Shown: positions 1 to 13,565, counted from the first letter of the stretch. The stretch is DNA of 64,000 nucleotides from Eledone cirrhosa (GCA_964016885.1 OZ024745.1:107322001-107386000); one strand, 5' to 3'. The notes: a model not told the origin generated them from the sequence alone. A program made the numbers and translations.

Positions 1-113
1 AAATTTTATTTGTTTGTTTGTTTACAATGTTATTTTACTGTGGTAAAAAACAACTTTCATCAGAAATAGCAATGCCAGTCAAATTTTTATTTATAAATTG
101 CAATATATATAGC

Positions 114-643
114 TAAAGTTTTCGCTCCGACATAGCTGTATATATATGTGCATTTTGTATATATAATGATATACGGTATGCTTACGAATATATATTTTGA
201 AAGCTCTTTAGTAATGAATATTGAAAAGCTGAGGGCTAGCACTATCTAGCGGATTCCAGCAGAAACAGAAGGAAATAACTGTCGACGCGTTTCTGGCTTA
301 CGGCCGTCATCAGGACACTGCTTTACACACCCTGTTCTCTCCTGGAATTTAAAACAGGCGAAAATATATAGTACTTTTCGCCTATGTACATGGGCTGATT
401 CCCTCGCCTGCATATGGAGCTGCATTAGGCCGTCTCAGCCTAAGAATAGAATTAAGATTTTGGCTCCGACATAGCTGTATATTTATATACGTATGTGAAT
501 TTTGTATATCTAATGATATACAGTATGTTTACGAATAAACAATTTGAAAGCCCTTTAGCTATGAATATTGAAAAGCCGAGAGTTAATGCCATCTTGCGGA
601 TTCCAGTAGCAGTAGTAGGGGATAACTGTCGACGCGATTCTGG
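114..643 (-). mobile_element. Diverged direct repeat pair (~114-296 and ~452-643), PLE-type terminal repeat remnant; first copy carries an HHR
   Basis: Both copies share gctccgacatagctgtata...gaatattgaaaagc...ataactgtcgacgcg(t/a)ttctgg; HHR motif at 280-317. Confidence 0.6.
280..317 (-). ncRNA. Minimal type I hammerhead ribozyme motif
   Basis: Minus strand reads tgtc-CTGATGA-c-ggc(cgtaa)gcc-a-GAAAC-gc-GTC-gaca: stem I tgtc/gaca, palindromic stem III ACGCGT, GUC site. Confidence 0.75.
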
Positions 644-898
644 ATGGGCAAATTGGATTACACAATGCCATTGATACATAATGCCATTGATACATAATAC
701 AACAATGAAAGCCGTGATGATCACTACTGGAATGCCTTTGACGCTGACCTGACGTTAAAAAACAACTCCTTTTGTTCACCAGTCAACTTGGGAAACTGTA
801 CACTGTCCCTCGACATGCAAGAAATAGCAGCTAAGCCTCTTTCAAATAATATCATATGTATTTCTTTTTTAATGGAAGGAGATATTCAGTTAGATAAT

Positions 899-1456
899 AT
901 AATTGTTTATACTTTTGCCACAAGGCCAGCAATTATCCAAGTGCATTACTGGTACTTTATCTTATCGGCCTCGTAAGGATGAAAGGCAAAGTTAACATCG
1001 GCGGGATTTGAACTCAGAACGTAAAGGGACACAATTCTATGCTGCAAAACATGGTGTCTGTTGTTCAACCGATACTGCAAATCCACCGCCTGTTGGATAA
1101 TATAATTCTTTCTACTTTTGGCGCGAGGCCAGCAATTATCTCAGTGTATTACTGGTACTTTATTTAATCGACCCCGTAAGGATGAAAGGCAAAGTTAACC
1201 TCGGTGCGATTTGAACTCAGACCGTAAAGGGACGTAACTCTATGCTGGAAAGCATGGTGCCCAAACCTCTACCGACACTGCCAGATAATATAATTGTTTC
1301 TACTTTTGGCACGAGGCCAGCAATTATACCAGTACATTACTGGTACTTTATTTTATCGACCCCGTAAGGATGAAAGGCAAAGTTAAACTCGGCGGGATTT
1401 GAACTCAGATCATAAAGGGCCGTAACTCTTTGCTGCAAAGCATGGTGTCAGACCCT
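899..1456 (-). mobile_element. Three tandem copies of tRNA-derived SINE family A (899-1090, 1102-1283, 1290-1456)
   Basis: Minus strand has a tRNA-like head with B-box GAGTTCAAATC, core GCCTTTCATCCTTACGGGGTCGATAAAATAAAGTACCAG (resembles the MetaSINE-type core) and 3' end GAAACAATTAT. Confidence 0.85.
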
Positions 1457-1611
1457 AATAATAGTTACATAGAATCAAGTAAACACGAGATGGTAACAGC
1501 TGCAACTCCTTTGATTTTAGGCTTGCTTCTTCATGAGTTACGTGGGAGTACATAACAACGCCAAACAATTCGAACAAACCCGATGATGACCTCAACGACA
1601 ACGACGAAAAC

Positions 1612-1636
1612 AACAACTACTATTACCACCACCACC

Positions 1637-1700
<64 letters not shown>

Positions 1701-1715
1701 TCACTACTACTACTG
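1612..1715 (+). repeat. (ACC)n/(ACT)n trinucleotide microsatellite
   Basis: Directly visible; source of the poly-Thr ORF. Confidence 0.95.
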
Positions 1716-2027
1716 TAACTAGTGTTACTATTACAACACCAATAACGTCAAAAGTCGCTGTAAATCTTGCCTTCCCACATTTGAACTAATTGTAAATGAG
1801 ACAATGAAATTTCATATCAGAATAGCGTGTTACCCTGTTTATGGAACTTATCTCACCTGCTTGTGATACCGGAGCCGACTCACACCTGTATTAGTTATAC
1901 ACACATTACTTCAATCTAAAAATATATACATTTACAGACGATATTTAAATATATATATATATACACCTACCCACGAACAGACACACACACACGCATACAC
2001 ACACACACACATATATATGTTTATATA

Positions 2028-2086
<59 letters not shown>

Positions 2087-2271
2087 TACGATACGTTGTA
2101 TCAGTTTACATAGCTGTTAAGAATAAGTAGTAGACAGCCTGAGAATTTTATATGCCGTAACCAGGGTCACGAGCCGTAGGAAGATATCTCCCACACCAAT
2201 TTACGGCCATAAAACTAAACATACCTACATACCCCCCCTCTCTCTCTTTCTCTCTCCCTCTCTCTCTCCAT

Positions 2272-2607
2272 CTCTGAGTCCGTGCACCCCAGTAAATTTA
2301 CTGAAAGGTGGGTGAATGAAGCGAAAATGGTCCGAGTGATTGGGCCATCTCTGTTTATAAGTCTGTAGGTTGAAGGAGAGAGCAAAAGGAGGAAGGGAGC
2401 ACTGGCACAACACGCTCCTGAAGTTAAGGGTTGTTCTATCGACGGGGGTATTAAACAACCCATTTATGGCGCTTCTCCCCCTAATGGGGATTACGATAGT
2501 TTTAATTGTTTCTTTCAATATTTTTACACGAATGTATGTAAAATCCCCGACATGTGTCTTTGTATTGTCCCCTTTTCTTGTGCGCCCTTGTGGCAAATAA
2601 AGAAATA
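2272..2607 (+). mobile_element. 5'-truncated Tx1/L1-like LINE 3' end followed by (TATC)n
   Basis: 2276-2368 translates ESVHPSKFTERWVNEAKMVRVIGPSLFISL*, homologous to the C-terminus at 54248 (YPSKFYKRWVNVAKMARVVGPSLYISL); both end in cccttgtggc.aataaagaaat. Confidence 0.75.
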
Positions 2608-2672
2608 TATCTCTCTATCTATCAATCTATCTATCTATCTATCTATCTATCAGAGACACGTCTATGTTTCTC

Positions 2673-2740
<68 letters not shown>

Positions 2741-3049
2741 TCGTTCTTCCTTTCGCCCCCTTTTGATACAAATATCAACCTCTGTAATGGACCGAGTTCA
2801 CCACATCACAAGATATTAAAAACTTGGGGCTCAACAAACAAATATATGTAATATATGATGCTCAATTGCATATAATGCAAATAAAACATCGGCCGGAGAT
2901 GCTCATGGTGATACCAGCTTAAAATATCCATAGCGAGATTTCCTGGTGAAAGACATCTGCCGAAACGTTGAACCCTTCCCCATTTCCTCCAAACATAAAC
3001 CTAATATATCTGGGTATTTTTACATTCCTGCGTTTGTTTTGTTGCCTTT

Positions 3050-3133
<84 letters not shown>

Positions 3134-3138
<5 letters not shown>

Positions 3139-3378
3139 GTAGAACTCCGGTGGGTTATATCCGTAGTAGTAGAGCACTCATTCCACGAGACTAGTTTGGT
3201 AGCAGTAGTTCCACAAAAGTTAGTTCACCATTACCGAGAACGATTATTTCACCTTATTCGGATCATCAGCTCGGTTTAAATGAGATTGTACGTACAACCT
3301 CAGTTAAACCGAGCTGATGATCCGAATAAGGTGAAACAATTGTCCAGGGTAATGGTGAACTAACTGTTGTGGAGCTAC
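3134..3378. mobile_element. HHR-bearing PLE-like element with a zero-spacer 174-bp palindrome (3205-3378)
   Basis: Centre ttgtac|gtacaa at 3291/3292. HHR accgag-CTGATGA-tcc(gaataa)ggt-GAAA..ctcggt on minus 3233-3275 and plus 3308-3350. Family copy at 43752-43961. Confidence 0.75.
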
Positions 3379-3620
3379 GTCTATATATATATGGAGGTCC
3401 AGGTAAATTCTCTTGTTTAACCTGTTTAGCTTGCTTCGTTTTTTTGGCTCCGGTGGCTGTTAGCTTTCTGACGGCCGTTTCCGGTTTGTTTGGCCTCTAT
3501 AACGAATGTTAATTGCTCTGGTCTTCTTTTACTCCATTGAGCGCTTGTCGCATATCTCGAAAATTGCGTTTCGCTTTGTTTTTGACCACAGCCGAAATAC
3601 GATCTCGCTGAAATTATATT

Positions 3621-4145
<525 letters not shown>

Positions 4146-4163
4146 AAATTGAGGTTAATAGCA

Positions 4164-4351
4164 ATAATTGTTTCTACTTTTGGCACAAGGCCAGCAATTA
4201 CCCAGTGTATTACTGGTACTTTATTTTATCGACCCCATAAGGATGAAAGGCAAAGTTAATCTCGGCGGGATTTGAACTCAGAATGGCAAGGGCCGTAACT
4301 CTATGCGTCAAAGCAATGCGTCCCACCCTCTACCGATACTGCCAATCCACC
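4164..4351 (-). mobile_element. SINE family A, full length, with 17-bp target-site duplication
   Basis: Matches the family consensus; aggttaatagcaataat occurs at both 4152-4168 and 4361-4377. Confidence 0.9.
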
Positions 4352-4693
4352 ATAATGTGCAGGTTAATAGCAATAATAGCGATTGGGGTGATACGCGTTC
4401 CCTCTTTAAATGTTCCTAATGCTCAAAAGTATACATAATATTTGCTTGTCTGAGATCGCACCAGTGCACCCATGCCTTTCATCAACTTTAATGCCATGTT
4501 TGTTAAATAATATGCAAGTCAAGCGGGGGTTAAAGTGGCATTCGAAGATTCATGACCAACAAGTGAAAAATGAGACATTGGTGCAGTATTAGCAACCAGC
4601 TCTTCAAACGGTTTTCAGGGTTCAAAGCTCATTTAAAATCTCCCACTAGGAAAGTGCAATTATAAATACAAAAGGTTAACCTCTACAAAAGGT

Positions 4694-4852
4694 CAACGGC
4701 TGAGCTCCGGCCGTTTTGACAGCTAGATCCGAAACCGCCGGAGCTCAGCCGTTGGGGTCCTGAATCTTTCCCTGTTACCCACTCTACTATCCTAAGTGTT
4801 GAGTGCTCTGGTGCGTTATGGTTCACCTAGTATCTTACAACACCCTCTTTGT
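4694..4852. mobile_element. PLE-like terminal fragment with a short inverted repeat (4694-4755)
   Basis: caacggctgagctccggc...gccggagctcagccgttg; homologous to 44075-44200 (opposite strand), 45030-45097 and 12266-12305. Confidence 0.5.
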
Positions 4853-4883
<31 letters not shown>

Positions 4884-4982
4884 ATATATATCGATCGACT
4901 TTCGTCAACTCGGACCGAGTAAACAATATTTTCGTCGGTCTTTCCAATTGCTAATACTATCTATCGGTCGCAACTCCAGGTA

Positions 4983-5106
4983 GAAGGAGCAACGTGAAAT
5001 AAAGTGTCTTGCTCAAGGACATAACGCATCGCCCAGTCCAGGAATCAAACACACAACCTCAAGATTGTGAATCCAATTATTTAACCACTCAGCCACACGC
5101 CTTCAC
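4983..5106 (-). mobile_element. Partial tRNA-derived CORE-like SINE (family B)
   Basis: Minus strand has A-box TGGCTGAGTGG and CORE-like tgtccttgagcaagacacttt; homologous to 38773-39059. Confidence 0.7.
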
Positions 5107-5192
5107 TAATATATGTATATATACATAAATATATATACATATGTATATATATAAATAAAATTCGAATTTTACGTATCATACAGATATCTTAC

Positions 5193-5267
<75 letters not shown>

Positions 5268-5699
5268 CATATATATGTATATGTACATATAGACAACAGA
5301 CACACACACGCACACACATATGTATATATATATATAAGAAGAAATTAAAAGATGGTTAAAAAAGTTCCATATATATATATACACATAAATCTATCTAGCT
5401 GAGATATTTGAAAAACTATTAATACTTTCTAGGAGGTTTTGTTGAAAGTCTATTTGTTGAAAGTCTATTCATGATCTCAATTCTGATTTATTATTTAATA
5501 GGAATATTGTAAAAATATTATATAAAGACTTTGTAATCATGTAACCCATATCATTATGTTTTGTACTTTAGTTTCTCACTGTTCAATGGTGAAATTCCCT
5601 AGGATACTACTTGTCATTCTTTGTTTCTTGCGTTAACATTCTGAAATAGTTCACGCAAGATTCAATGTTGATTGAATTGCTATATATATATAAATATGC

Positions 5700-5725
5700 G
5701 AGAGAGAGAGAAAGAGAGAGAGAGA

Positions 5726-5811
<86 letters not shown>

Positions 5812-5850
5812 AAGAAAGAGAAAGAAAAAGAGAAAGAGAAAAAGACAGAG
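5700..5850 (+). repeat. (GA)n microsatellite
   Basis: Directly visible. Confidence 0.95.
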
Positions 5851-6042
5851 AAAGTTAATGTAAGTTTTACTCTCAAGACGAAAATCCAAATATATCACAG
5901 AGCATATGTCAGTATATGAAATGAAGCGTGATTATATTATTGAAAATGATGTTACTACTAATAACTTCGGAATCGAAACAAAAACAAGACCATCCACACA
6001 CATTTCTTCTTAGCTTCGTACGGACCTATAATAACACACACA

Positions 6043-6123
<81 letters not shown>

Positions 6124-6304
6124 CTTACGCACGTGCTCAAGTATAGCTCTTTTTACAAAACGTTTTTTTTTTTCCATTTCTAAAAAACAAATCGTACACA
6201 AAACGCCAGCACCAACAGTTTTGCAAGAGATGTCAACATGAATGGACCTGTTATTTTTATCTAAAGACATTTTTTCCAATTCCATCCGGCCCGTCTCCTT
6301 GATC

Positions 6305-6447
6305 TATTTTATTTCTCATTCTTTCTTGTGATTAAGGACTAGCGTCCGAAACGTTAAGACCCTCTTCCTGCTATATCAAACGTTAACCTAATATATACCT
6401 TCCATATACTGTACCGTTTGTGTTGTTATTTCTGTTTACCTTTTACA
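6305..6447 (+). mobile_element. PLE-like 3' fragment with degenerate minimal HHR
   Basis: tctt-gtgatta-aggactagcgtcc-GAAACGTT-aaga; homologous to 28170-28313 and more distantly to ~2940-3052. Confidence 0.55.
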
Positions 6448-6712
6448 TACATATATATAAGAGAGTATTGAAGTTTGCTTGAAGCATCGGGGAATAATAA
6501 AAATTTTGGTCGTTTTGTACATTTCCTCGTACATCTCTCTCTTCACCACCGGATTCTGGTACCCGGAGATTTACTTATATGCATTGTTGAGGCTTCCAAA
6601 ACGACCAAATTATATATATATATCCATATAATTATGAAGACTAAAATCCGAAAAGGGCTCTATAAGTATTTATATGTATAAAAATATATATATAAAACTT
6701 GTAGAGCAAACA

Positions 6713-6843
6713 TTTATTTGTACAGAATAAAGATTAAGCCAAGAATCGCAGCTTTCACCCTTTTACGGGATTTTTTGAAACTGAGGTCTCGTAAAAGAGT
6801 GATAGCGGCGATTCTTTGCTTAGACTTTAATCAGTACAAATAA
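6713..6843. repeat. Imperfect inverted repeat, PLE-like with degenerate HHR
   Basis: atttgtac..aagaatcgc.gct.tcac.cttttacg versus cgtaaaagagtgatagcggcgattctt..gtacaaat; related pieces at ~35262-35315 and ~45188-45220. Confidence 0.5.
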
Positions 6844-6862
6844 TATATATATATATATATAT

Positions 6863-7969
6863 ATGAAAGACGTAAAATAACAAAATTATAAAAATTAACT
6901 TACTTACTAAAATTTCACTCCAACTAATTAGTTTCTGAAAGGGAATAAACATAGTTTCCGAAGAAACGTACGGCGAACCCTTTCGTCATCAGGGAAGTCT
7001 ATTCTCAGCTAAGTTTCCAGGCAATGCGTGGACACAGGGAACTTATACAAAAATAATTCAGTGGATGGAAAAAAGCAAAGCGTGGACTAAGTTCCAAGCC
7101 ATTGAAAAAAATCACTGCCTACTGCGTCAGTGGCAAATTCAAAAGAATCAATCACGTGACATCGAGGTTAATCAGTGAGGAATGTTTTGTTAAGAAGACA
7201 GCAGCCGAACCGTTACTATGAACTATAGTAGCAGTTTTGGCCAATTTTAGCTCGACAAAATAATTTGGAAATAATTATAAAGAATTAGTATATCTACTAA
7301 CATATATATACAGATGCATACCTTATTTTACGTCTTTCATATTATTGTTCTGCATCCCCATGCATTGAACCACAAAGTTACTAAGACAAAACCTATATAT
7401 TTGCTGGCATAGGTATGCATCTGTATATATATGTTAGTAGATATTCTAATTCTTTATAATTATCTCCAAATTATTTTGTCGAGCCAAAATTGGCCAAAGC
7501 TGCTACTATAGTTCATAGTAACGGTTCGGCTGCTGTCTTCTTAACAAAACACTCCTCACTGATTAACCTCGATGTCACGTGATTGATTCTTTTGAATTTG
7601 CCACCGACGCAGTAGGCAGTGATTTTTTCAATGGCTTGGAACTTGCTTTTTTCCATCCACTGAATTATTTTTGTATAAGTTCCCTGTGTCCACGTATTGC
7701 CTGGAAACTAAGCTGAGAATAGACTTCCCTAATGACGAAAGGGTTCTCCGTACGTTTCTTCGGAAACTACGTTTATTCCCTTTCAGAAACTAATTAGTTG
7801 GAGTGAAATTTCAGTAAGTAAGTTAATTTTTATAATTTTCTTATTTTACGTCTTTCATATTATTGTTCTGCATCCCCTTGCATTGAACCACAAAGTTACT
7901 AAGACAAAACCTATATACTTGCTGGCATAGGTATGCATCCGTATATATATGTTAGTAGATATATTAATT

Positions 7970-7975
<6 letters not shown>
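6863..7975. mobile_element. Retrozyme/PLE-like element: inverted arm 6863-7323 plus partial tandem 7323-7975 (period 518 bp), between (TA)n tracts
   Basis: ttattttacgtctttcat recurs at 7323 and 7841; the left arm is the reverse complement of the monomer; HHR at 6917-6998(-) and 7723-7804(+). Confidence 0.85.
6917..6998 (-). ncRNA. Type I hammerhead ribozyme with extended stem II
   Basis: acttcc-CTGATGA-c-gaaaggg..gtttc(TTCG)gaaac..ccctttc-a-GAAAC-taatta-GTT-ggagt. The plus-strand twin at 7723-7804 has a core mutation (CTAATGA). Confidence 0.8.
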
Positions 7976-8043
<68 letters not shown>

Positions 8044-8046
8044 TAA

Positions 8047-8092
<46 letters not shown>

Positions 8093-8150
8093 TAGGAATA
8101 ACCAAAGAGTACTTAGAAATACATTGTTTTATTAGCTAACAGTGTTTCAT

Positions 8151-8192
<42 letters not shown>

Positions 8193-8816
8193 GGCAACGG
8201 AAGCGAGAAACTGAACGAACGTACATTGAGGGCTTCCACGTAGTTCGCCAACCTGTTTCATGCATTCGATTGATAAACAGGCAAAATCATGAATGGGTTA
8301 AAAATCACTAATAATGATACTACAAAATAGATATGTAACAACATAAGGAAAGGAGGAAAAATGACATTGTGAAGGAACATGGTAATTAAATGTTGACAGG
8401 ATTCTTTGAACGCTGGAGTTAAATCCACTGTTTAGAAACATGCCAAATTCCTCATTGGCTATCTCCCAAAAATCTTACGTGGGAGCCATGCCAGCCAATT
8501 AGAACGATATAATAATGTTTGTGTTGAATGTCTAATTCTAATGAAAATATATGTTTTCTTTTCCAATGTTCAGACGTACATGAATATAGACAGACACGGA
8601 TATATTTTCATGTATATATCTATCTCTCACATCCCAGTGGCCACATATATATAGATATATATATAGATAGATGTGATGAGAAAGAGGGAGTGATGTATAA
8701 ATATATCTCAGTTTATTTGTCGATATGCTAAGAGAAACAAAATCTAATTTATTTGTTCAGACTCTGAATTGAATTATTTGTTATACAATGGAATATACAG
8801 ACATAAACACACACAG

Positions 8817-8937
<121 letters not shown>

Positions 8938-8993
8938 CATATATGTGTGTGTGTATGTATGTATGTATATGTCTCTATTTCTACATACAAAGG

Positions 8994-9035
<42 letters not shown>

Positions 9036-9154
9036 GTGTGTGTGTCTGTGTGAGCATATATGTATATATGTATGTATGTATATGTGTCCATTTCCGTGTT
9101 CGTCTGTTTCTGTACTGTATATTAATAAACTCTTATCAATTCTGGTAGCAATAT

Positions 9155-9272
<118 letters not shown>

Positions 9273-9371
9273 GTGTGTGTGCGTGTGAGCGTGTGTCTGT
9301 GTGCGTGTGTGTGTATTTATCTCTTTGAGTGTGTGTAAATAATACCTGATCTTCTACCTCCCATTATGAGT

Positions 9372-9471
9372 GAGGTTAACTTTGCCTTTCATCCTTACGG
9401 GGTCGATAAAATAAAGTACCAGTAATACACTGGATAATTGCTGGCCTTTTGCCTAACGTAGAAACAATTAT
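9372..9471 (+). mobile_element. 5'-truncated SINE family A
   Basis: gaggttaactttgcctttcatccttacggggtcgataaaataaagtaccag...gaaacaattat. Confidence 0.85.
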
Positions 9472-9927
9472 GAGTAAATATCTCAGTTTTCCGTATATTA
9501 AGTATGGTAACTGTAATGTTCAGGACATGCCACAGCAGCCGAGCAACTGTTCAGAAAATAAACAGGACAAAAGACTAGTTATGAAGTAAAATATATTAGT
9601 CCTTGTCGGGGACAGAATAATAACGGCCAGTTTAAGATTTTGACTCGAAGTGTAAACATGGATCGCTTGATATTGTTCTTCCTTGTTGATAATCCAATAA
9701 TATCCACTTACCGTGACTTACCATCTCATTAATTGGTGAAATATATTTCTTTAATTAAATATATACAGGGAAGATTAATCATTAAAAGGTATATATTTTT
9801 GAAGTTCTAGTTAACTTTATTTATTTGTTACCTACTAGCCATGCGTGGTTACACGCTTGTAAAAATCTCCTGTGATTTTTCAGGTTTATATTTATTTATA
9901 TATATATGTTGATCAATTCCTAGTTAT

Positions 9928-10009
<82 letters not shown>

Positions 10010-10197
10010 ACTAGAAATAGATTGACATATATATATATAAAATAAACATATGGAACAATCACAGGGAATAATTTGTAAAGAATGTAAGCACACATAGCTA
10101 GGTAGGTAACCAATTAAAGTTTAACTAGAACTTATTGACATTGGATTTTACAAACAAAAAAATTGTTTGTTTTTAAAATCCAATGTCAAGGATTTTA

Positions 10198-10254
10198 TCA
10201 TTCTGATGATTGAAAGCAAAATTTGTTTGCTTTCAAGAAACCACTAGTAAATGA
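10198..10254 (+). ncRNA. Type I hammerhead ribozyme motif
   Basis: tcatt-CTGATGA-ttgaaagcaaa(atttg)tttgctttcaa-GAAAC-cacta-GTA-aatga: 5-bp stem I, 11-bp stem II, GUA site. Confidence 0.8.
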
Positions 10255-10374
10255 AATAATTGTCTTATGTTGTTTATTACATAACTATATATATATATAT
10301 ATATATATTGGAATAAATGCTCTGAAATAGCGATATATATGTGAAGATAGACATAGAATAAAAGCACTGGATAT

Positions 10375-10417
10375 GTAATCCTGAAGATTTCTAATGAGAA
10401 TGAAACGCGTAGGTTAC
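10375..10417 (+). ncRNA. Minimal type I hammerhead ribozyme motif
   Basis: gtaatc-CTGAAGA-tttct(aatg)agaat-GAAAC-gc-GTA-ggttac: 6-bp stem I, palindromic ACGCGT. Confidence 0.8.
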
Positions 10418-10537
10418 TTCCCTTGCTTTTATCGAGAATCTAATTGTAATACGTGACGTATTCTATTCTATAGCGATTAGGTCTTCAAAATGTTTATTAT
10501 AAACATACAGAATATTTTCGAATATTCTATGTCTATC

Positions 10538-10575
<38 letters not shown>

Positions 10576-11399
10576 TATGTGGAATGATGCTAGCCAAACG
10601 AATAAATACAATATAAACATAAGAGAACAAAATAACATTAAAAATATATATTATAAAATAAAAGATTATATAACGCTAGAAAGTAATAATGATGTATTCT
10701 ATTAAGACAAGGAAAACATGATTTGGCGTCGAACTTCTGATAACACATATAGAAGTATTTAATAAAAGGAGAAAAATGTACACTGGGAAAGGTCAAGTAA
10801 TATTAAAAAAAAGTTATAATAAAACAATGCACACAGATTGCATAACTGACCCGTGGTTTCTTTTTTCCATTTTTTTTTTGTTTTTTTTAACTAATTACTT
10901 TCTAATTGGGGATGTGTACTTATTTCCCCTAAATAAACTTTTCTTGCTCTTCTGACTATTTACAGATCGGAGTCATTATGTCAAACAGTTTATTTCCTGA
11001 ACGCTTCCATATCAGATGACAGAAAACATTATGGGACAAAAGGAATTTATTTGAAATGGAGAAATATAGTGTTAGAGATAGGAAAATTGGAGAATTGGGG
11101 ATGATGAAGCCGACTTGGTAAAAAGATTAAACATCTCTATCAACTCACCTAGTGATGAAAGAAGTTAAACTTCTTGCGCCAGGCAACTGAATTAATCCTG
11201 ACTGTAGTTATATTTTCTTATTTCACAGGTGTTGTCCTAGTAAAGCAGTATGATAGAAACTAATATATTATCCCTATATACTAGGAAAATCCTTAATTAG
11301 TGGGATGCAAATATAATGAAGTAATTCATTAAGAGTTAAAACATCTGTTATCAGATTTATGAGGTATGATTCGCTAAGTTCGATTAAAGAGGTTTATTG

Positions 11400-12000
11400 G
11401 AGAAGGATAAATTCATTCACATAAACACCAAAGCTAATTTGGCCCGTAGGATATGTTCCTGCATTCTCAGAACTCTCCGGTCTAGAGAAATTCACACCAA
11501 TATCCTTCTCTACTCTATCATGCCCAGCCTTACCTTGAATGTTGTTGTTCACCCTCCCACGAAACAAAGAAGTATGAAAATTGAAGCACTCCAGAGTTCA
11601 ATTACAAAAATGATAGACAGTATGACAGGCCTTGACTATTGGGATCAAGTGGAACAATTCAAATTCTACTTTCTCCAACACCACCATGAGTGCTACATCA
11701 TCTGTATTATATGGAAAATATTCCATCAATATTGCCCAAATGATGTTGGCATCACCTTTAAAATCTACCCAGGACTTAGTCCCGTCTTATCCGCCAGCTA
11801 CAAAAATTGAACTCGTATCTCATAGCGACAATGCGACTTAACAGCATCTCAACTGGTTCCACTGGTCTCTTTAATATCATACAAAAATAGATGAAGACAG
11901 AAACAGATCCCATTCAAAATGTGTCCTTGGACAACATTCCTCCAACATAAAGCGTCTGAACCTCATACACACAGATATGTCCCCGAAAACAATAATTCTT
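11400..12000 (+). mobile_element. Decayed CR1-clade LINE 3' fragment
   Basis: ORF 11397-11810 (ILRTLRSR..IEALQSSITKMIDSMTGLDYWDQ..YIICIIWKI) resembles the CR1 ORF2 C-terminus lE.vQr..tk.i.gl..l.Y.eRL...RRery.ii..wKi. Confidence 0.65.
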
Positions 12001-12304
12001 GACCAGGGTGGGCCACGGTGTCTAAAGTATGAGGAGGTCGTGAACCCATAATCTGAATGAATTCGCCAGGTGGTTCACATCCAGTGGCAATGCGTTCAGG
12101 AGTTGTGGGGGAATGTGGAGTTACCCCTTAGTTGTAATCACTCCCAGGTCTGCTCAGCCCCGGAGTAGTAGTACCTGTTAGGGCCCCATTTATGGATTAA
12201 ATAATTACCTTATTCGAGTACTGCCGGTAAGGTAGTATGTATATATATATATATATATATATATAGGAAAAGCGTCAGTACTCCGGCCGTTTCGACAGCT
12301 ATCC

Positions 12305-12336
<32 letters not shown>

Positions 12337-12353
12337 ATATGTATGTATGTATA

Positions 12354-12385
<32 letters not shown>

Positions 12386-12390
<5 letters not shown>

Positions 12391-12606
12391 GCAAACATCA
12401 CGGACGCTCTATCTCAAAATTATTTTTGAAAAGCATTAGAAATGCGCAACCGGTAAAACTTAAAACCAAAAACTGAATACTAACCAATACTATTACTAAT
12501 TCTCACTTATTCCTAATTAAACTATTTTTCACTGTGAACAATTTGTCAGCATTTTTTTTTCCGTTTACCAATATATCATAACTTGTGTGATACACCTCTA
12601 TTCTTT

Positions 12607-12612
<6 letters not shown>
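12386..12612 (+). mobile_element. Dispersed repeat family C (also 42275-42462 and palindromic at 46290-46708)
   Basis: ttagagcaaacatcacggacgctctatctcaaaatt...ccgtttaccaatatat is near-identical in four copies, all ending in (TA)n. Confidence 0.75.
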
Positions 12613-12690
<78 letters not shown>

Positions 12691-12808
12691 TGTATACATA
12701 TAATATACATACATACACAAGTACACACACACATATATATATATATGTATATATATATATGTATATATATATACATATATATACATATATATACATATAT
12801 ATATATAC

Positions 12809-12842
<34 letters not shown>

Positions 12843-13351
12843 GAATCCATACGTACATATATATAAATATGTGTGCATGCATGTATATATATATACATAC
12901 TATTGTACGTCTGTATACATATATGTATGTACGTGTACATACTTATATTTAAGTAACAGCCGTACTAAGAGTGGGAAATGAAATTTTGTTTCATTTTTTC
13001 CGTTTATATATATATATTTGCAAGTAATTCCCGTAAATGGTGAACATATATATGAGAATATAATCAAAAGAATTTAAAAACAGACAACAATCAAAATATA
13101 AAGTCCTGAAAATAGTTCGACCTGAAAGTGTTTGAGCTTATCATATTCGACTTAAATTATGAAATTATCATTCTACGTCTAAAGATATCTATATATATTT
13201 CTTAGTCATTTTTTCCTGTCATGCCAAATGTTTTTTTTTGTTTTTTCTTTAATCAGAATGAAATATGGTATTTATCCTTTCAATCTATTAATATTACGAT
13301 CAATTTCAGTCAATGAACGATGAGTAAATACTTTGTAACTTTATGTATATG

Positions 13352-13467
<116 letters not shown>

Positions 13468-13504
13468 CATATATATATATACATATATATACATATATAT
13501 ATAC

Positions 13505-13558
<54 letters not shown>

Positions 13559-13565
<7 letters not shown>

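Noticed and set aside
1-75. Possible HHR on the minus strand (CTGATGA at ~57-63)
   Set aside because: The GAAA box is degenerate and stem I' would run off the window edge.
10950-11240. Splice-acceptor-like sites (tttacag ~10966, tttcacag ~11228)
   Set aside because: No convincing downstream ORF or donor; common by chance in AT-rich DNA.
12386-12612. HHR in family C
   Set aside because: No CUGANGA core in the retained segments; grouped with the PLE-like elements only by architecture.
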